A stretch of 64,000 nucleotides of DNA, taken from Kiritimatiellia bacterium. GTDB taxonomy: Bacteria; Verrucomicrobiota; Kiritimatiellia; CAIVKH01. Position 1 is the first letter of the stretch; each line of letters opens with the position of its first letter. Of this stretch, positions 9,883-20,987 are shown in pieces. The position numbers and the translations under genes were made by a program. Under the pieces are notes generated by a model. That model was given only the letters and a program-made list of their open reading frames with translations, had not been told where the DNA came from and did not search any database. The stretch is from positions 10,882-74,881 of the forward strand of contig DAOLDD010000012.1 in the NCBI GenBank assembly GCA_035327585.1, written 5' to 3'.

Positions 9883-10997
9883 TGCAACCGACGCAACGCA
9901 TGCTCTATTTTTGGAAGCGCATGGATTGGCTGGCGCTGCTCTCCGTTTTTGCGCTCATCGTGGTGGGCATTGTTTTCATCTACAGCGCCTCCTTCCGGCA
10001 GGAGGACATACAGATGACGGCGCTCACCCAGCGCCAGATCCTCTGGGCGCTGGTGGGCTTGTGCGTGCTTTTCGGGGCGGTTGCGGTCGACTACCGGCGG
10101 GTCGGCCGTGTCGCCCCCATCGTCTATATCGCCTGCCTTGTCCTGCTGGTGCTCGTCCTCCTGATGGGCCGGAAAATTTATGGCGCGACGCGGTGGCTCA
10201 GTCTGTTTGGCGTGCTGGTCCAGCCGTCCGAATTCGCGAAACTGGGTACGATACTGCTCATGGCGCGTTTCCTGAGTGAGCCGGCGCGGGATTTGGCGCA
10301 TCCGCGCACGCTGTTGGTTGTGCTGGCGCTAGCCGCGCTCCCGTTCGTCCTCATCCTCCAGCAGCCGGACCTCGGAACGGCCTCCACGCTGATCCCGGTG
10401 GCGCTGGTGATGCTGTTCGTCGCTGGCGTGCCGATGCGCTATTTGTTCGTTCTGGCCGGGCTCGGCATCCTTGCGCTGGCGCCCGGCTGGTTCATTCTCG
10501 ATGGTTATCAACGGGAGCGTTTGCTCGTCTTTTTCGATCCGGGGCGTGATCCGCTGGGCGCGGGCTGGAACAGCATCCAGTCCGGCATCGCGGTCGGCTC
10601 CGGCGGGTTGACGGGCAAGGGCTACATGATGGGGACCCAGAATGTGCTGGGTTTTCTGCCGCGTACGGTGGCGCCCACGGATTTCATTTTTTCCGTGATC
10701 GCCGAGGAGAGCGGCTTCATCGGCAGCGTCGTGCTGCTGGTGTTGTTCGCGTTCCTGATGATCGGCGGCTTTCGCGCCGGTCTCGCCTCCCGCGATAAAT
10801 TCGGCCGGCTGCTCGCGACCGGCGTGACGACCCTGCTGTTCTGCCATGTGTTCGTGAACATGGCGATGACGGTGGGGCTCATGCCGATCACCGGGCTGCC
10901 GCTGCCGCTGGTGAGTTATGGCGGTTCGTTTATGTTGTGCACCATGGCGGCTCTGGGCCTGGTGCAAAGCGTGTATGCGCGCCGGTTCCGGCGCTGA
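9882..10997 (+). CDS. rodA: SEDS-family peptidoglycan glycosyltransferase RodA
   Basis: Start overlaps the mrdA stop. Multi-TM FtsW/RodA family with LPLPLVSYGGS near the C-terminus, in the classic mrdA-rodA pairing. Confidence 0.85.
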   Translation: MQPTQRMLYFWKRMDWLALLSVFALIVVGIVFIYSASFRQEDIQMTALTQRQILWALVGLCVLFGAVAVDYRRVGRVAPIVYIACLVLLVLVLLMGRKIYGATRWLSLFGVLVQPSEFAKLGTILLMARFLSEPARDLAHPRTLLVVLALAALPFVLILQQPDLGTASTLIPVALVMLFVAGVPMRYLFVLAGLGILALAPGWFILDGYQRERLLVFFDPGRDPLGAGWNSIQSGIAVGSGGLTGKGYMMGTQNVLGFLPRTVAPTDFIFSVIAEESGFIGSVVLLVLFAFLMIGGFRAGLASRDKFGRLLATGVTTLLFCHVFVNMAMTVGLMPITGLPLPLVSYGGSFMLCTMAALGLVQSVYARRFRR

Positions 10998-11011
10998 AAG
11001 GAGAGCGGGTT

Positions 11012-12616
11012 ATGTTGTGGGGATTCTTAAAGCTGTTCGCGCGGCGCAAGATTAAGCGCGAGATCGTGATCAACGCGGAAAGTTTGGAAACGCGTGTCGC
11101 GACGCTGCAGGAGGGCAAGCTCGAGGACTTTTTCATCGAGCGCACCAGCGACGACCGGATCGTCGGCAGCATCTTCAAGGGGCGCATCCAGAATCTGGAG
11201 GACGGCCTGCAGGCCGCCTTCATCGATATCGGGATGAAGAAAAACGCCTTCATCCACTACTGGGACATGATCCCGGAGGACGCGGCGCGCCTCGAGGCGG
11301 AAGAGGGGCTCGAAAGTCGCCGGCCGACGCGGCGCAAGAAATTCGCGCCGGGCGAGATGACGAAGCAGTTCCCTGTCGGCTCGGAAATTGTCGTGCAGGT
11401 CACCAAGGGCGCCATCGGCACCAAGGGACCGCGTGTGACCGCGAACCTGAGCATTCCCGGCCGCTACCTCGTGATGATGCCCGGCACCACGCTCAAGGGC
11501 GTTTCGCGCAAGATCGAGGACGTGAAGGAGCGCGAGCGGCTGAAGAAGGTGCTTGCGCGCCTGCCCGCGCCCGGCGGAAACGGTCTCATCGTCCGCACCG
11601 CGGGCGAGGGCGCCCGTGCCGTTTCGTTCGCCCGCGACGTGCGTGCGCTGGCGGAGATCTGGAAGGACATTGAGGACGGCATCAAAAACACGCCGGCCCC
11701 GTGCCGCTTGTACCAGGAACCGGATCTCGTCGAGCGCACCGTGCGCGACTCGCTGACGGAGGATGTCGACCGCATCGTCGTTGACTCCCGCGCGGAATAC
11801 GACCGCATTCGCAGCATCGTCGCGAAGTACGCGCGGCGCACGCGCACGCGGATCCAGTTCTACGAGGGCGACGCGCCGATTTTCGAGCATTTCGACGTGG
11901 AACGCCAATTGGAGAACGCGTTCAGCCGCAAGGTCTGGCTCAAGAGCGGCGGCTACCTCATCGTCGACGAAACCGAGGCGCTCGTCGCGATCGACGTCAA
12001 CACGGGCCGCCACAAAGGCTCGCAGAACCAGGAAGATTCGATTTTCGAGGTCAACCAGGAGGCCGCCGAGGAGGTGGGCCGCCAGTTGCGCCTCCGCAAT
12101 GTCGGTGGCTTGGTCGTCATCGACTTCATCGACATGAAGTCGCGCAAGCACCAGAACCAGGTGTACCGCACGCTCAAGGACGCGCTGAAAAACGACAAGG
12201 CCCGCACGAACGTGCTTCCGCTGTCGCAACTCGGGCTCATGGAAATGACCCGGCAGCGGCAGGAGGAAAGTGTGCGCGCGGCCACCTACATGAACTGCCC
12301 GTATTGTGAGGGCAAGGGCAAGGTGAAATCCGCCCTGTCGATGAGCGTTGAAATCCAGCGCCGCATCGCCGAGGTCATGCGCCGCAAGAAAGCGAGCGCG
12401 TCCAATCCACTCAACATCAAGATCACGATCAACCCGAGCATCCTGGAGCGGCTGCGCACCGAGGATGAGGAAATCCTGGTGCAGATGGAGGAGCGGTACC
12501 ACGGGCACATGACCTTCGTCGGAAACCCGAACATGCACGTCGAGGAATTCTCGATCGTGCATGCCCAGACCAATGAGGAGCTCTTCAGCAGCGTGCAAAC
12601 CCCGCGCGCGGGCTGA
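11012..12616 (+). CDS. rng: RNase E/G family ribonuclease (RNase G-like, no long C-terminal scaffold)
   Basis: An RBS-like aaaggagag precedes the ATG at 11012. S1 domain and RNase E/G catalytic core (DIGMKKNAFIHYWD, VIDFIDM) plus a zinc-link CPYCEGKG. The upstream 10937 start would overlap rodA. Confidence 0.85.
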   Translation: MLWGFLKLFARRKIKREIVINAESLETRVATLQEGKLEDFFIERTSDDRIVGSIFKGRIQNLEDGLQAAFIDIGMKKNAFIHYWDMIPEDAARLEAEEGLESRRPTRRKKFAPGEMTKQFPVGSEIVVQVTKGAIGTKGPRVTANLSIPGRYLVMMPGTTLKGVSRKIEDVKERERLKKVLARLPAPGGNGLIVRTAGEGARAVSFARDVRALAEIWKDIEDGIKNTPAPCRLYQEPDLVERTVRDSLTEDVDRIVVDSRAEYDRIRSIVAKYARRTRTRIQFYEGDAPIFEHFDVERQLENAFSRKVWLKSGGYLIVDETEALVAIDVNTGRHKGSQNQEDSIFEVNQEAAEEVGRQLRLRNVGGLVVIDFIDMKSRKHQNQVYRTLKDALKNDKARTNVLPLSQLGLMEMTRQRQEESVRAATYMNCPYCEGKGKVKSALSMSVEIQRRIAEVMRRKKASASNPLNIKITINPSILERLRTEDEEILVQMEERYHGHMTFVGNPNMHVEEFSIVHAQTNEELFSSVQTPRAG

Positions 12617-12682
12617 ACAGCAGCCGCGAAAAAAGCGCCCTCTCCCCTTGGGGGAGGGGCGGGGCGAGGGTATGCTTGGCGT

Positions 12683-13312
12683 ATGAGCGAGCGAATCGGC
12701 ATTTTTGGCGGGTCGTTCAACCCGGTGCACCTGGGCCACCTGATCGTGGCGCAGGACGCGCTGGAGCATATGGGACTCACCCGGCTGGTGTTCCTGCCGG
12801 CCGCGCAGCCCCCGCATAAACCGGCCGCCCCGCTGGCCGCGGCGTCGCATCGCCTGGAGATGTTGCGGCTCGCGACGGCGGACGATCCCCGCTTTGAGGT
12901 GTCGGACGACGAGGTGACCCGGGGTGGCGTGTCCTACACGGTGGATACGTTGCGTCGTTTCCGGGAACGATATCCGGCTGCGACGCTGTATTTCCTGATC
13001 GGCGGCGACAGTTTGCTGGAACTGCATACCTGGCGTGAGGTCGGGACGGTGCTCCAACTGGCGGAAATCGTCACGGTGGTCCGGCCCGGCGCGTCGATGG
13101 ACCGTCTGGACGCGACGGTCCTGCGCCTGCCGGACCCCTGGCCCGCGCGACTCACCGCGAATCTTGTGGCCGGTCACCGCATCGATATTTCATCCACCGA
13201 CATCCGCAACCGGGTGAACCGCAAACGCCCCATACGCTACCTTGTGCCGGACGCGGTGGCGCGTTATATTGCCGCGCACCAACTGTATTCGTCCCAGGAG
13301 ATCCCGCGATAG
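12683..13312 (+). CDS. nadD: Nicotinate-nucleotide adenylyltransferase NadD
   Basis: GIFGGSFNPVHLGHL (the H/TxGH nucleotidyltransferase motif). About 210 aa, typical of NadD. Confidence 0.85.
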   Translation: MSERIGIFGGSFNPVHLGHLIVAQDALEHMGLTRLVFLPAAQPPHKPAAPLAAASHRLEMLRLATADDPRFEVSDDEVTRGGVSYTVDTLRRFRERYPAATLYFLIGGDSLLELHTWREVGTVLQLAEIVTVVRPGASMDRLDATVLRLPDPWPARLTANLVAGHRIDISSTDIRNRVNRKRPIRYLVPDAVARYIAAHQLYSSQEIPR

Positions 13313-13320
13313 AAACCATC

Positions 13321-13644
13321 ATGCAAGCACGCCAGGCGCGCGAAGCGCTGCTGGCCAAAAAAGGCGAGCAGGTCACCCTGCTTGATGTTACGGGCCTCTC
13401 CCCGGTCACGGACTTCTACCTCATCGCAACCGGCAACAGCACGCCCCACCTCAAGGCGCTTGCCACCGAGGTGGAGAAGTCGCTCGCCGCGCATGGCGTG
13501 AAATGTTTCCGCCGCGCCGGCACGCCCGACAGCGGCTGGATCGTCGCCGACTACCTGGACTTTGTCGTCCACCTGTTCACCCAGGAACTGCGCGACCACT
13601 ACCAGTTGGAGCGCCTCTGGAGCGACGCAAAAGTCCTCGAGTAG
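13321..13644 (+). CDS. rsfS: Ribosomal silencing factor RsfS (Iojap family)
   Basis: 107-aa protein carrying the Iojap motif DFYLIATGNSTPHLKA...DYLDFVVHLF. nadD-rsfS is a conserved gene pair. Confidence 0.8.
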   Translation: MQARQAREALLAKKGEQVTLLDVTGLSPVTDFYLIATGNSTPHLKALATEVEKSLAAHGVKCFRRAGTPDSGWIVADYLDFVVHLFTQELRDHYQLERLWSDAKVLE

Positions 13645-13984
13645 CGAGGAGACCGGTTGTAGACGGGATGAACAGGATTTACGGGATGGGGGGGGAATTC
13701 TATCCCGTACCCGTAAACGTGCACGTACGCGTTCACGATCCGGAATACACAAACGTGAACGGGAACGTGAACGTGAACGGGACCGACGGGGAATGTTACC
13801 GATCCAGTCCATCCTGTAATCCCGTCCTTCTTCTTTCCGTGAACTCCGCGAATTCCGCGGTTTCATCAGCTCCGGAAGCGCCCGCACCACCATTTTCCGT
13901 AAGCGGGCTGGATTGTGTCGCGTTCTCCGGCTTCCCATCATCGCGATTCTGGTGCATAGTTCCGGCTCCACAGGAGGAGTGTCC

Positions 13985-15973
<1,989 letters not shown>

Positions 15974-15990
15974 GAGAAAGGCTGACGACG

Positions 15991-16374
15991 ATGGCAAAGC
16001 AACCGTTGGGCATACGACTCGCGGACCACGCGAAGCAATTCATGCCGGTGCCCGCCGGCGGCAAGGTCTTCCAGGCCGGCCAGCCGGGCAACTGCATGTA
16101 CGCGGTGCGGACCGGCACCCTGCAGGTGCGCATCGGCAAGGCAGTCGTGGAGACGCTGGGCCCCGGCGATGTGTTCGGGGAGATGGCGCTGCTGAATGAA
16201 AATGAAGTCCGCTCGGCCACGGTCGTCGCCGTCACGGACAGCGAACTCGCGGTGATTGACGCGAAGCGTTTCGAATTCATGGTCAAGCATGTGCCGTCAT
16301 TCGCCATTGAATTGATGCGTATCCTCGCGGCGCGCCTGCTGGAGATGAACAAGCGCGTGCGCTCGCCGGCCTGA
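15991..16374 (+). CDS. Standalone cyclic nucleotide-binding (cNMP/Crp-like effector) domain protein, with no HTH
   Basis: 127 aa with a cNMP-binding fold signature (GDVFGEMALL, RSATVVA). Ends 3 nt before lplA. Confidence 0.6.
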   Translation: MAKQPLGIRLADHAKQFMPVPAGGKVFQAGQPGNCMYAVRTGTLQVRIGKAVVETLGPGDVFGEMALLNENEVRSATVVAVTDSELAVIDAKRFEFMVKHVPSFAIELMRILAARLLEMNKRVRSPA

Positions 16375-16376
16375 CC

Positions 16377-17291
16377 GTGCAGGTGCGCTGGTCAACCGCT
16401 CGCGACATCCACCACAATCTCGCGCTGGAAGAGTGGTGGGTGGACCACTTCGACGCGCGGGGTCCGGTCCTGTTGTTCCATGTCTCCGACCCGGCGCTGG
16501 TTGTCGGCAAAAACCAGAATCCCTGGCGCGAGGCCGCCACGGGCTGGGCGCGGCGTGAGGGGGTTCCGGTGGGGCGCCGGATTTCCGGCGGCGGGACGGT
16601 CTTTCACGACGCTGGCAACCTGAACTTCACGCTGATCCAGTCGCGCAATGACTACGAACAGGGCGCGGTGTTCGCGCGCTGCCTCGCGGCGCTCCGTGCG
16701 CTGGGGCTCGAAGCGGGGCTGCTCGGCGGAAATAGTCTCGCCGTGCATGGGAAAAAGATTTCAGGCACGGCATTCTGTTTCCGCGGATCGGCGGCGCTGC
16801 ACCACGGTACGATGCTGGTTAACGCCGACCTCGATCGGTTGCGTCGTGCGATGATTCCGGCCCTGCCGGATATCCAGACCCGGGCGATTCCCTCCAAGCC
16901 GGCCTCGGTTGCGAATGCCGCGCTCCTCGCGGATGGGATCGATATGGAGCGTGTGGCACGCTCGCTGGCCGGGTATCTGGCGGGCCGTCATGATTGGGAT
17001 GCGCTGGAGACCCCGTCGGACGATGACTTCGCGGAATTGCTGGCCCGGCATCAGAGTTGGGCGTGGACCTTCGGCCACACGCCGGTATTCGAATGGGCGC
17101 TCGAATCCGCGAGCGCGACCCTGCGGTTGCATGTGGAAAAGGGAATGGTTGCGGGCGCGGTTTGCGCCTGGTGCAGGGATCGTGAGGAATCAATCGACGC
17201 CCTGATCGGATGCCCTTTCGAGGCTGACGCCCTGTCGCGGCGGCTCGCGGGCACGGAATGGCCGGCACTGCTCGCCGCCCGTGATTTTTGA
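16377..17291 (+). CDS. lplA: Lipoate-protein ligase A family protein
   Basis: BPL/LplA/LipB catalytic domain motifs (RRISGGGTVFHDAGNLNFTLI, KISGTAF). Confidence 0.7.
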   Translation: MQVRWSTARDIHHNLALEEWWVDHFDARGPVLLFHVSDPALVVGKNQNPWREAATGWARREGVPVGRRISGGGTVFHDAGNLNFTLIQSRNDYEQGAVFARCLAALRALGLEAGLLGGNSLAVHGKKISGTAFCFRGSAALHHGTMLVNADLDRLRRAMIPALPDIQTRAIPSKPASVANAALLADGIDMERVARSLAGYLAGRHDWDALETPSDDDFAELLARHQSWAWTFGHTPVFEWALESASATLRLHVEKGMVAGAVCAWCRDREESIDALIGCPFEADALSRRLAGTEWPALLAARDF

Positions 17292-17338
17292 TTTCCAGAA
17301 CCTTCGCCACGCCCTCGGGACGATGCTGCTCGGACACG

Positions 17339-18076
17339 CTAACGCGCGCCGGGCAGGATGGCGTATTCCAGCGTGACGACGACCTTGGCGGTCTTCTCGA
17401 TGGTGCTGGTGTCGTACATGCCCCAGCTTGAGGTCTCGGTGGAGAGCGGGGTGGTGATCTGGAAGACGCCCTGCTGGGCGGAGACGAGTTCGCCGACACG
17501 GCCGCCGCTATTCTGCGCCATCACCATGGCGCGCTGGAAGCCGTCCTCCGTCGCCCTGGCGAGCAACTCGCGCTTGAGGGTTTCCATCTGCGAGATGAGG
17601 AACTCCGGCGCGGAAACGGTGAGGTCGATGTCCTCGCTCATCAGGTTCGGCAAATCGAGCGCGGCCTCGTAGATGCGTTCAACCGATGACGATTCGACGG
17701 TGATCGTTTGGTAGAGATCGAAGTACTCAATTTCGTTCGAGTCTCTTCCCTGCGCGTCCTTGCGCGGTACTTTGCGTTGCGACGGCGTCAGCACGCGGAT
17801 TTCGGCTTCGGCGAAGCCCCGTGCGCGCAGGGTTTCCCGCACGCGATCGCGCCGCTGCTTGAGCACCTCCAGGGCCTCGCTCGCCGTGGCGCCCCGCGCG
17901 CCGACCGTGACGCTGAACGTACCCGCGTCCGCGCGCACACCCTGCTCCGCGTAGCCTTTGACGGAGATGGCGCGCTCCTGCTTGATGCGCACGAAGAGTT
18001 TTGAAATCTGCGTTGCCGAAACGACCAGGGCGGCGGACGCGATGAGGGTGAGCAGGATCAGCCGGAAGTGATTCAT
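17339..18076 (-). CDS. SIMPL-domain (DUF541) periplasmic protein
   Basis: A start at the internal Met (MNHFRLILLTLIASAALV) gives a signal peptide. SIMPL-family features (VKGYAEQGVRADAGTFSVTV, YAILPG). Confidence 0.6.
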   Translation of the reverse strand: MNHFRLILLTLIASAALVVSATQISKLFVRIKQERAISVKGYAEQGVRADAGTFSVTVGARGATASEALEVLKQRRDRVRETLRARGFAEAEIRVLTPSQRKVPRKDAQGRDSNEIEYFDLYQTITVESSSVERIYEAALDLPNLMSEDIDLTVSAPEFLISQMETLKRELLARATEDGFQRAMVMAQNSGGRVGELVSAQQGVFQITTPLSTETSSWGMYDTSTIEKTAKVVVTLEYAILPGAR

Positions 18077-18295
18077 GAGTGCGCTCGTGCGTGTGGGGTG
18101 AGAACCAACGCCTGCGTATGTAGCGTAAAGGGGAAGCGCTGGCAAGAAGGGGGCTGCGATCGCCAATTCGCTCGATCCTGTTGCATCGCCAGGCCTTCAG
18201 ACTCGTGCTCGCCATGCGCGAAAGAGCCGGTGTATACCTGCGACCGGTTTCGCCTTTTCCGTGTCTCTATGAAAACATCGGGGAATGACCAGCAC

Positions 18296-19285
18296 ATGAA
18301 GACCGCCCTTTTCGCCGTGCCGCCGGGTACCTATGACATCGTATATGCGGGCGAGCCGCGCCAGCTCATCGACGAGCGCGTGGAGGTGATCGGGGGGCCG
18401 ATGGAGCCCGCCGACCTGCCGGCGTTTTCCCGGCTGTCGGAAGCGGAGATTCTATTCCTGGGCTGGGGCTCTCCGCGTCTGGAAGGGGCGCTGCTCGATC
18501 GCCTGACGTCCCTGCGCGCGGTTTTTTATAGCGCGGGTTCCATCAAGCCCGTGGTTTCCGAGGCGTTCTGGGACCGTGACATTCCCATCTGCAGCGCGGT
18601 CGCGGCCAATGCGATTCCCGTGGCGGAGTTTGCGCACGCCGCCATCATGTTGTCGCTCAAGCGGGTCTGGCGCTATGAACGACTCGCGATGCGCAATCGA
18701 CGCTGGCCCGCCTACCTGGACGCGCCCGGGGCGTATCGCTCCACGGTGGGGCTGGTCGGACTGGGTTCGATCGGCCGGTTGGTGGTGGAAAAACTGCGCG
18801 CATCCGAATTGAGCGTGCTGGCCTACGATCCCTTCGTCGCCCCGCAGCAGGCCGAGGCGATGGGGGTGCGCCTGTCCGGGCTGGAGGATCTGTTTGACAC
18901 GGCCGACGTGGTCTCGCTGCATGCGCCTTTGTTGCCGGCCACGCATGGCATGATTACCGGCGCGCTTATCCAACGCATGAAACCCAACGCGACGTTGCTG
19001 AACACATCGCGCGGCAAGCTCATCCGGGAGATGGAGATGATTGAGGTGCTGCGCCGTCGGGATGATCTCACGGCCGTGCTGGATGTCGTCTCTCCTGAAC
19101 CGCCGTCGCCGGATTCCCCGTTGTTCGACCTGCCCAATGTCGTGATGACGCCGCATATCGCGGGCTCGATGGGCGCCGAGTGCAAGCGTATGGGCGCCTA
19201 TATGGCTGAGGAACTCGCGCGATTCCTGGATGGGCTTCCCCTGAAGTACCGGATCACGCGCGAGCAGAACCAGCGCATGGCGTAA
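18296..19285 (+). CDS. D-isomer-specific 2-hydroxyacid dehydrogenase family protein, NAD-binding
   Basis: GLVGLGSIGR Rossmann motif, a catalytic His region (MTPHIAGS). The alternative ATG at 18269 gives MKTSGNDQH as N-terminus. Confidence 0.7.
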   Translation: MKTALFAVPPGTYDIVYAGEPRQLIDERVEVIGGPMEPADLPAFSRLSEAEILFLGWGSPRLEGALLDRLTSLRAVFYSAGSIKPVVSEAFWDRDIPICSAVAANAIPVAEFAHAAIMLSLKRVWRYERLAMRNRRWPAYLDAPGAYRSTVGLVGLGSIGRLVVEKLRASELSVLAYDPFVAPQQAEAMGVRLSGLEDLFDTADVVSLHAPLLPATHGMITGALIQRMKPNATLLNTSRGKLIREMEMIEVLRRRDDLTAVLDVVSPEPPSPDSPLFDLPNVVMTPHIAGSMGAECKRMGAYMAEELARFLDGLPLKYRITREQNQRMA

Positions 19286-19306
19286 ACCGTACCCGCCGCG
19301 ACCGGT

Positions 19307-20095
19307 TCAGGCGTCGGTTCGCACCATGTGGCGCAACCGGTACGCGCCGGGCGTGGACCCCACATGGCGCCGGAATGCCCGGCAGAAGGTTTCGATCCGT
19401 GCGAATCCGCAGGCATTGCTTACGCGTTTGATCGGTTGCCGTGTGCCCGCGAGCAGGAGTCGCGCGCGACCCAGGCGACGGGCCAGCAAATACTGGTGCG
19501 GCGTCGTGTCGAGGTGGCGCCGGAACAGCAGGTGCAGGTGAGGTTCGCTGATGCCGGCCCGCGCGGCGAGGTCGGCGACGGAGCAATTCAACGGCGCGCC
19601 CGCATCAAGTTGCGCGAGAAGTTCGTCCAACGCGGCAGGGCGCCGGGGCGACGTGGCCCGTGCGGCACGCGTAGCCTCCCACAGGAGCCGCGTGTAGGCA
19701 TAGGCGCCCAGCAGGTCGCGATCGGTGGACGGATCGTGGAAGGCGTCAAAGAGTTCCCGGTCCAGTTCAAGCGCGGTTTCCCTGTTCGCCAGCACCGTCA
19801 GCAACGGCGCCGGTCTTCGTCTTCGTCGGGCAACCTTGAAGCGCAGGGTGAGACAGGCGTACGGCGAGGAGGCCCGCGTGCGCGAGATGGTGCGGTCGCC
19901 CGTCACCTCCCAAAACAGTGCGCCGCAGCCCAACTCGCGAACGCCGTCCGCCCCTTCGTGCAGGACCGTCCCGGCCGTGACCAGTTCGAGGTATTCCTCG
20001 CCGGGCGGAATCCGCATTGGCGTCACCGCGGCAACGGCAGGCGCCTGATAACGACCAATCGCCGTGAGGCGCGGAGGCTTGAAGGGGTGGGGCAC
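19307..20095 (-). CDS. AraC-family transcriptional regulator
   Basis: GTG start. N-terminal cupin-like sensor and a C-terminal AraC HTH (FCRAFRRHVGSTPGAYR). Divergent from the downstream catabolic operon. Confidence 0.75.
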   Translation of the reverse strand: MPHPFKPPRLTAIGRYQAPAVAAVTPMRIPPGEEYLELVTAGTVLHEGADGVRELGCGALFWEVTGDRTISRTRASSPYACLTLRFKVARRRRRPAPLLTVLANRETALELDRELFDAFHDPSTDRDLLGAYAYTRLLWEATRAARATSPRRPAALDELLAQLDAGAPLNCSVADLAARAGISEPHLHLLFRRHLDTTPHQYLLARRLGRARLLLAGTRQPIKRVSNACGFARIETFCRAFRRHVGSTPGAYRLRHMVRTDA

Positions 20096-20203
20096 GGACG
20101 CAATCTTTTGTCAGTAGATAATAGATTATGTCAATTGATTCAACAAATAGCAGCTCTATGCTGGCCTATCAAAGAGTATTTATCAATCGAACGGAGCCTG
20201 TTC

Positions 20204-20974
20204 ATGTCCACCAAGCCGATTTCCATTCAACTCTACAGTCTGCGCGAAGAGGCGAAGACCGATTTCCCGGGTGTCCTTCGCCGCGTCGCGGAAATCGGAT
20301 TTCGCGGCGTGGAGCCCGCCGGATTCCACGGCCTGACGCCGGCGGCGTTCCGCCGCATGGTGGAGGACCTGGGCATGGTCATCTCGTCCACGCATTCCCC
20401 GTGGGCGACGCCGGACAACCTGCAGGAGACGATCGACACGCTGGGCGTGCTCGGCGTCGACCTCGTGGCCGCTGGCGTCGGACAGGACGATTTTCGCACG
20501 GTGGACACGATCCGCGCGACTGCGGAGCGCTTTGCCGCCATGGACGAGCAGTTGTCGCACGCGGGCATCACGATGACCGTGCACAACCACTGGTGGGAAT
20601 TCGAGCGGATTGACGGACGCCTCAAGATGGACATCCTGCTGGAGCATGCGCCGCGCCTGCGGTTGGAACTCGACACCTACTGGGCCTGCAATTTCGGCGC
20701 AAACGATGCGGCCGAAATGGTGCGCCGCCATGGCGCGCGGTCGCCGCTCCTGCACATCAAGGACGGCACGTTACGGAAGGACGAACCGCTGGTCGCGGTG
20801 GGCGCGGGGCGGAACGACATCCGCGGCATCGTGGCCGCGCTCGATCCCGCCGTCACCCGCTGGCTCGTGGTGGAGCAGGACAACAGCGCGACGGACATGT
20901 TCGAGTGCATGCGGGCGAGCTACAATTTTATGGTTGGCAACGGATTGGCGTCCGGCCGCATTAACGTCGGCTGA
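20204..20974 (+). CDS. Sugar phosphate isomerase/epimerase (xylose-isomerase-like TIM barrel)
   Basis: Start placed by exact length arithmetic (256 aa to the stop at 20974). The upstream part of the 548-aa ORF is non-coding, AT-rich promoter DNA. AP-endonuclease-2 / TIM-barrel family features. Confidence 0.7.
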   Translation: MSTKPISIQLYSLREEAKTDFPGVLRRVAEIGFRGVEPAGFHGLTPAAFRRMVEDLGMVISSTHSPWATPDNLQETIDTLGVLGVDLVAAGVGQDDFRTVDTIRATAERFAAMDEQLSHAGITMTVHNHWWEFERIDGRLKMDILLEHAPRLRLELDTYWACNFGANDAAEMVRRHGARSPLLHIKDGTLRKDEPLVAVGAGRNDIRGIVAALDPAVTRWLVVEQDNSATDMFECMRASYNFMVGNGLASGRINVG

Positions 20975-20987
20975 GCAGGAGGAATTC

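Noticed and set aside
13846-13860. EcoRI-centred near-palindrome ccgcgaattccgcgg in the acs leader
   Set aside because: It is imperfect (one extra base breaks the symmetry) and isolated, so it is probably chance. It is left out of the regulatory calls.
19328-20203. N-terminal 292 codons of the 548-aa track ORF (19328..20974)
   Set aside because: This part runs antisense through the AraC gene and the AT-rich promoter. The isomerase domain begins at ATG 20204 (length arithmetic), so the extension is spurious.
20610-20987. N-terminal extension of the 493-aa track ORF before MSERIKVGIVGCG
   Set aside because: It overlaps the end of the isomerase gene in another frame. The Rossmann N-terminus and a 14-nt gap after the upstream stop place the true start at 20988.
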